IMG/VR virus record: IMGVR_UViG_3300010206_000037
Location: 1-37,977 of that record
Direction: 5' to 3' (one strand)
DNA: 37,977 nt
Source of the DNA: a virus
Lineage: Duplodnaviria; Caudoviricetes
Below are positions 35,351-37,977 of this stretch, in pieces. The notes beneath the pieces were generated by a model. The model saw nothing but the letters and a program-made list of their open reading frames with translations, was not told where the DNA came from and searched no databases. A program made the translations under genes and the position numbers. Numbering within the stretch: the stretch's first letter is position 1; each line of letters opens with the position of its first letter.

Positions 35351-36548
35351 TACTGTCGATTCTATTCTTCAGCGCCTGATCGCGGATGCGAAAAATCTGA
35401 ACCCCGACATCGATGTCGCGCAGGGCTCCGAGACATACATACGCTTCATCGCAACGGCTTCTGCTATCTGGGGGGCTTACAAACATCTTGACTGGACGCT
35501 CGACCAGATCTTCCCGACCACCATGGGACAGGCGAGCCTTGAAACCTATGCGGCCAATAGAGGCCTCTCCATTGGGATCATGACGCCCGCCGAACTCTTG
35601 GCATATATCGTTTCCAGACTGCGCAAGCCACCATCCGGAGGCAAGGCGCGCGATTTTGAACGATGGGCCATGGAGACCGTTTCAACAGGACGCGCCTTTG
35701 CTTTGCAGGCCTCGATGCTGTCGTCATCGACCGCGTCTTTTTCCGGCGTTGACCTGGTTGCTCCTCATGACGACGGCATAGGCCTGCATCTTGACGAGTC
35801 CGATGTGGATACAGTTGTGCTGAGTATTGATCTTGGATCCGCACAAAGCCTTTTCGGCCTCGGACTGGGTACCCACAGCAGTCGCACGGGCGTTCTGGAA
35901 ATTTCGTCTACCGATGATCCAGGCAGCACATGGACCGTGCGCGGATCGGTAACGGCAGGATACTGGTGGCGCATAGCTGATTTTGACGCGGCTGTCGCCC
36001 GGTATTGGCGTCTGCGCCTCCTGTCCCTATCAGACTTGTCCATTTACGCGAAACCTGAGTGGCACAAGCTCACTTTGTATGGGCTAGAATGCTATACGGC
36101 CATCTCATCGACCGAGCAGGCTAGTTCTGCAAAAGCTTTGATGAATTACAACGGTGTTGGAACTCTGCTGACCCTTCTGCAGCCGTCTGGGCTTTCTATG
36201 CGCCTGTGCGAGGCTGTAAGGGTCAGGCAGGAAACGGAAGGCCCTGTGGCTCCCAAAGACTTGTTCGTGTCCGTTCCGTCTGTGTCCAATTTGGCAATCA
36301 GGGTCGTTATCACAGGCAAATTGACGTCGACATCGGCGTTCAAAACTGCTGTTGCTCAGTATGTCGCCGGTCTTGGATCCGGCGCGTTGTTCGTATCGGC
36401 GCAGATTGTTGCCTACGCCATGCAGCATGGTGCGTCCTATGCCGTGCCCTTTATCTCGGTGAACGGTGGCGCTGAACAGGAGTATCCGGCCACGATTCAG
36501 GCCGGATCCACAGAGCTGTTCAACTTGGCCAGTTTGGAGGTCGCATGA
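35340..36548 (+). CDS. Baseplate J-like protein (Mu gp47) with inserted discoidin-like domain
   Basis: QIFPTT..LETYAANRGL, RLRKPPSGG..DFERWA, GVGT; insert carries IDLG, STDD..W and ARYWRL. Confidence 0.85.
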   Translation: MSSNTVDSILQRLIADAKNLNPDIDVAQGSETYIRFIATASAIWGAYKHLDWTLDQIFPTTMGQASLETYAANRGLSIGIMTPAELLAYIVSRLRKPPSGGKARDFERWAMETVSTGRAFALQASMLSSSTASFSGVDLVAPHDDGIGLHLDESDVDTVVLSIDLGSAQSLFGLGLGTHSSRTGVLEISSTDDPGSTWTVRGSVTAGYWWRIADFDAAVARYWRLRLLSLSDLSIYAKPEWHKLTLYGLECYTAISSTEQASSAKALMNYNGVGTLLTLLQPSGLSMRLCEAVRVRQETEGPVAPKDLFVSVPSVSNLAIRVVITGKLTSTSAFKTAVAQYVAGLGSGALFVSAQIVAYAMQHGASYAVPFISVNGGAEQEYPATIQAGSTELFNLASLEVA

Positions 36549-37117
36549 TCCTTGAGAATAGCCCGCACAGCAAGGCGATTGCGCAATTGTACCCCATGGA
36601 GATGGATGCCGAGCAGAACGCCGTATCCCTTGAATTGGACCGCCTTGTTGCTGATATTGATGCTGCTTATCCAGAGCTGTTCCCGCTTACCGCCTCGGTG
36701 ACTTTCGGGCGTTGGGAGGCTCTCTATGAACTCTCCGGGTCAGGGACGCTAGAAGAGCGCCGGGCGGCGCTCTTGGCCGCTTATAATGCTGATGTCGGGA
36801 TTTCCCAGCGACATTATGCGGCACTTGCGTTGGCCATGGGGCATAGCGTAGCCATCAAGCCACCCAAGCGCATGTTCCGTGCAGGCGTAAGCCACATTGG
36901 ACAGCGAGTATACAACCATGACGAACAGTGGACATGGACCGTGCGTACGCCTCTTTCGGAGACGGCGGCCGCCCGTTTGGTGGAAACGTTCGAGGCCGAG
37001 AAAATACCGTTCACACGTATCAGGTGGGTGTATGGTTTTATCCCGCTGCTTACTGTGACCGGTGACAATGTTTTGACCGTAGGCGGTGCCCGCGTGCTTT
37101 TGGAGGTACAGGACTAA
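36545..37117 (+). CDS. Baseplate protein (Mu gp48, DUF2313-like)
   Basis: ELFPLTA..RWEALY..LEERRAAL..GIS..Y..LA..MG..FRAG..KIPFT. Confidence 0.88.
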   Translation: MILENSPHSKAIAQLYPMEMDAEQNAVSLELDRLVADIDAAYPELFPLTASVTFGRWEALYELSGSGTLEERRAALLAAYNADVGISQRHYAALALAMGHSVAIKPPKRMFRAGVSHIGQRVYNHDEQWTWTVRTPLSETAAARLVETFEAEKIPFTRIRWVYGFIPLLTVTGDNVLTVGGARVLLEVQD

Positions 37118-37977
37118 TGACTGAAGAAGAAATGCTGAACGGCGTGAACATGGACAATCTGCCGAAGCGAACCATCGCCGAAATGAAGACTGCCGACGCG
37201 CAGATCCCTGTTTCCGTTTCGAAGCAGGGATCCTACAATGTGCCGCTCCGCGAGATTCTGACCACTGCGGAATTCGCAGCTGATGCCAATACGTCGGCGG
37301 CCATGGCCGCGCACAAGGCAGAGGAAGACCCTCATCCGCAGTATATCCTTGGTAGCGAGATTGGCACCACTATTCCACCGCTGGTCGGCGGTGCGATACC
37401 TCGGCAATATCTACCAGGATCTTACAACGAGGTGCAATACTACGATGATCTTGGTGCGTTGCCTGTTGTTGGCGAGTCGGATGTGATTTACGTGGTCAAG
37501 GACACGCGCCTGACTTATATGTGGGGAGGGGCGTCATACGTGCCGCTCGACCCTTCTTTGGCCTTGGGAGAGACATCGTCAACGGCTTATCGAGGTGACC
37601 TGGGCAAAGTAGCCTACGACCATAGCCAGAGCTCGGGAAACCCCCACGGCACCACCCCATCTGATATTGGCGCAGAGTCTGCAATTACCAGCGGGACTAT
37701 TTCGCAATTCTGGGCGGGCACCAAGACCTGGCGGGATCTTGCCGCCGATGTCCGTGCCGTTGTGCTTACTGGACTATCTACCGCTTCTGCCAGTGTAATT
37801 TCTGCAACAGATACGGTATTGGTCTCGCTTGGTAAGCTTCAGGCGCAAATAACGGCAAATCTTTCGACCCTTGCGACGCATACTAGTAATACCAGCAACC
37901 CGCACAGCACAACCGCCGCGCAGGTTGGCGCAGAGCCTACAATTACCGGTGGGACGATTTCGCAATTCTGGGCGGGT
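37117..37977 (+). CDS. Tail fibre protein, truncated by the window edge (not in ORF track)
   Basis: TAATG coupling to gp48; frame open to the end; HKAEEDPHPQY, LALGETSSTAYRGD and NPH.TT..GAE repeats. Confidence 0.88.
   Translation, partial: MTEEEMLNGVNMDNLPKRTIAEMKTADAQIPVSVSKQGSYNVPLREILTTAEFAADANTSAAMAAHKAEEDPHPQYILGSEIGTTIPPLVGGAIPRQYLPGSYNEVQYYDDLGALPVVGESDVIYVVKDTRLTYMWGGASYVPLDPSLALGETSSTAYRGDLGKVAYDHSQSSGNPHGTTPSDIGAESAITSGTISQFWAGTKTWRDLAADVRAVVLTGLSTASASVISATDTVLVSLGKLQAQITANLSTLATHTSNTSNPHSTTAAQVGAEPTITGGTISQFWAG
37667..37976 (+). repeat. 52-bp imperfect direct repeat within the tail fibre gene
   Basis: 37667-37718 vs 37925-37976, 5 mismatches, 258 bp (86 codons) apart; encodes GAE..IT.GTISQFWAG. 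Confidence 0.9.

Larger units (their letters stand above)
3042..37977. mobile_element. Mu-like transposable prophage (contractile tail), right end outside the window
   Basis: MuA/MuB, GemA, Mor, gp28/gp29/gpF/gpG, protease, capsid, gp36/37, sheath, tube, TMP, gpN, gp44-48 and fibre, all with intact-looking ORFs. The left boundary is inferred from a TG at 3042 followed by repeated GCGGAA/GCGAAA sites. Confidence 0.93.

Noticed and set aside
37667-37976. Possible DGR template/variable repeat pair
   Set aside because: Mismatches are not adenine-specific, both copies are in frame in one gene, and there is no reverse transcriptase in the window.

Overview
Positions 1-3021 hold a host gene, a minus-strand membrane CHASE2/class III adenylate cyclase. 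From about 3042 to the window edge is an apparently intact transposable (Mu-like) myovirus prophage, cut off inside the tail fibre gene. A leftward early operon runs from a central switch at about 11900-12000 toward the left end. It encodes Ner-like, Bro-N, MuA, MuB, GemA, DUF3164, a holin candidate, an M15 endolysin, DUF1353, a LexA-type wHTH protein and ASCH proteins. To the right of the switch are a repressor and an AT-richer cargo island (DUF4041/T5orf172, Zn-ribbon, lamin-tail-like, ParB-HEPN-like plus DNA adenine methylase), then a second Dam and a Mor-type activator. The late genes diverge from a palindromic control region at about 23560-23650: packaging, portal, gpF and gpG go leftward; protease, capsid and contractile tail go rightward. 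The main candidate for a new system is a gpF (MuF) protein with a PBECR-like RNase extension and no immunity ORF. It abuts a self-contained, convergent ~115-nt transcription unit (consensus sigma70 promoter, structured body, strand-specific terminator), a possible RNA antitoxin or partner. Other notable points: a signal-peptide-like leader on the major capsid protein, a discoidin-like insertion in baseplate J, a -1 frameshift in the tail chaperone, lysis genes inside the early operon, and an insertion point about 20 bp upstream of the cyclase start. All family assignments come from motif recognition by eye; no database searches were run.
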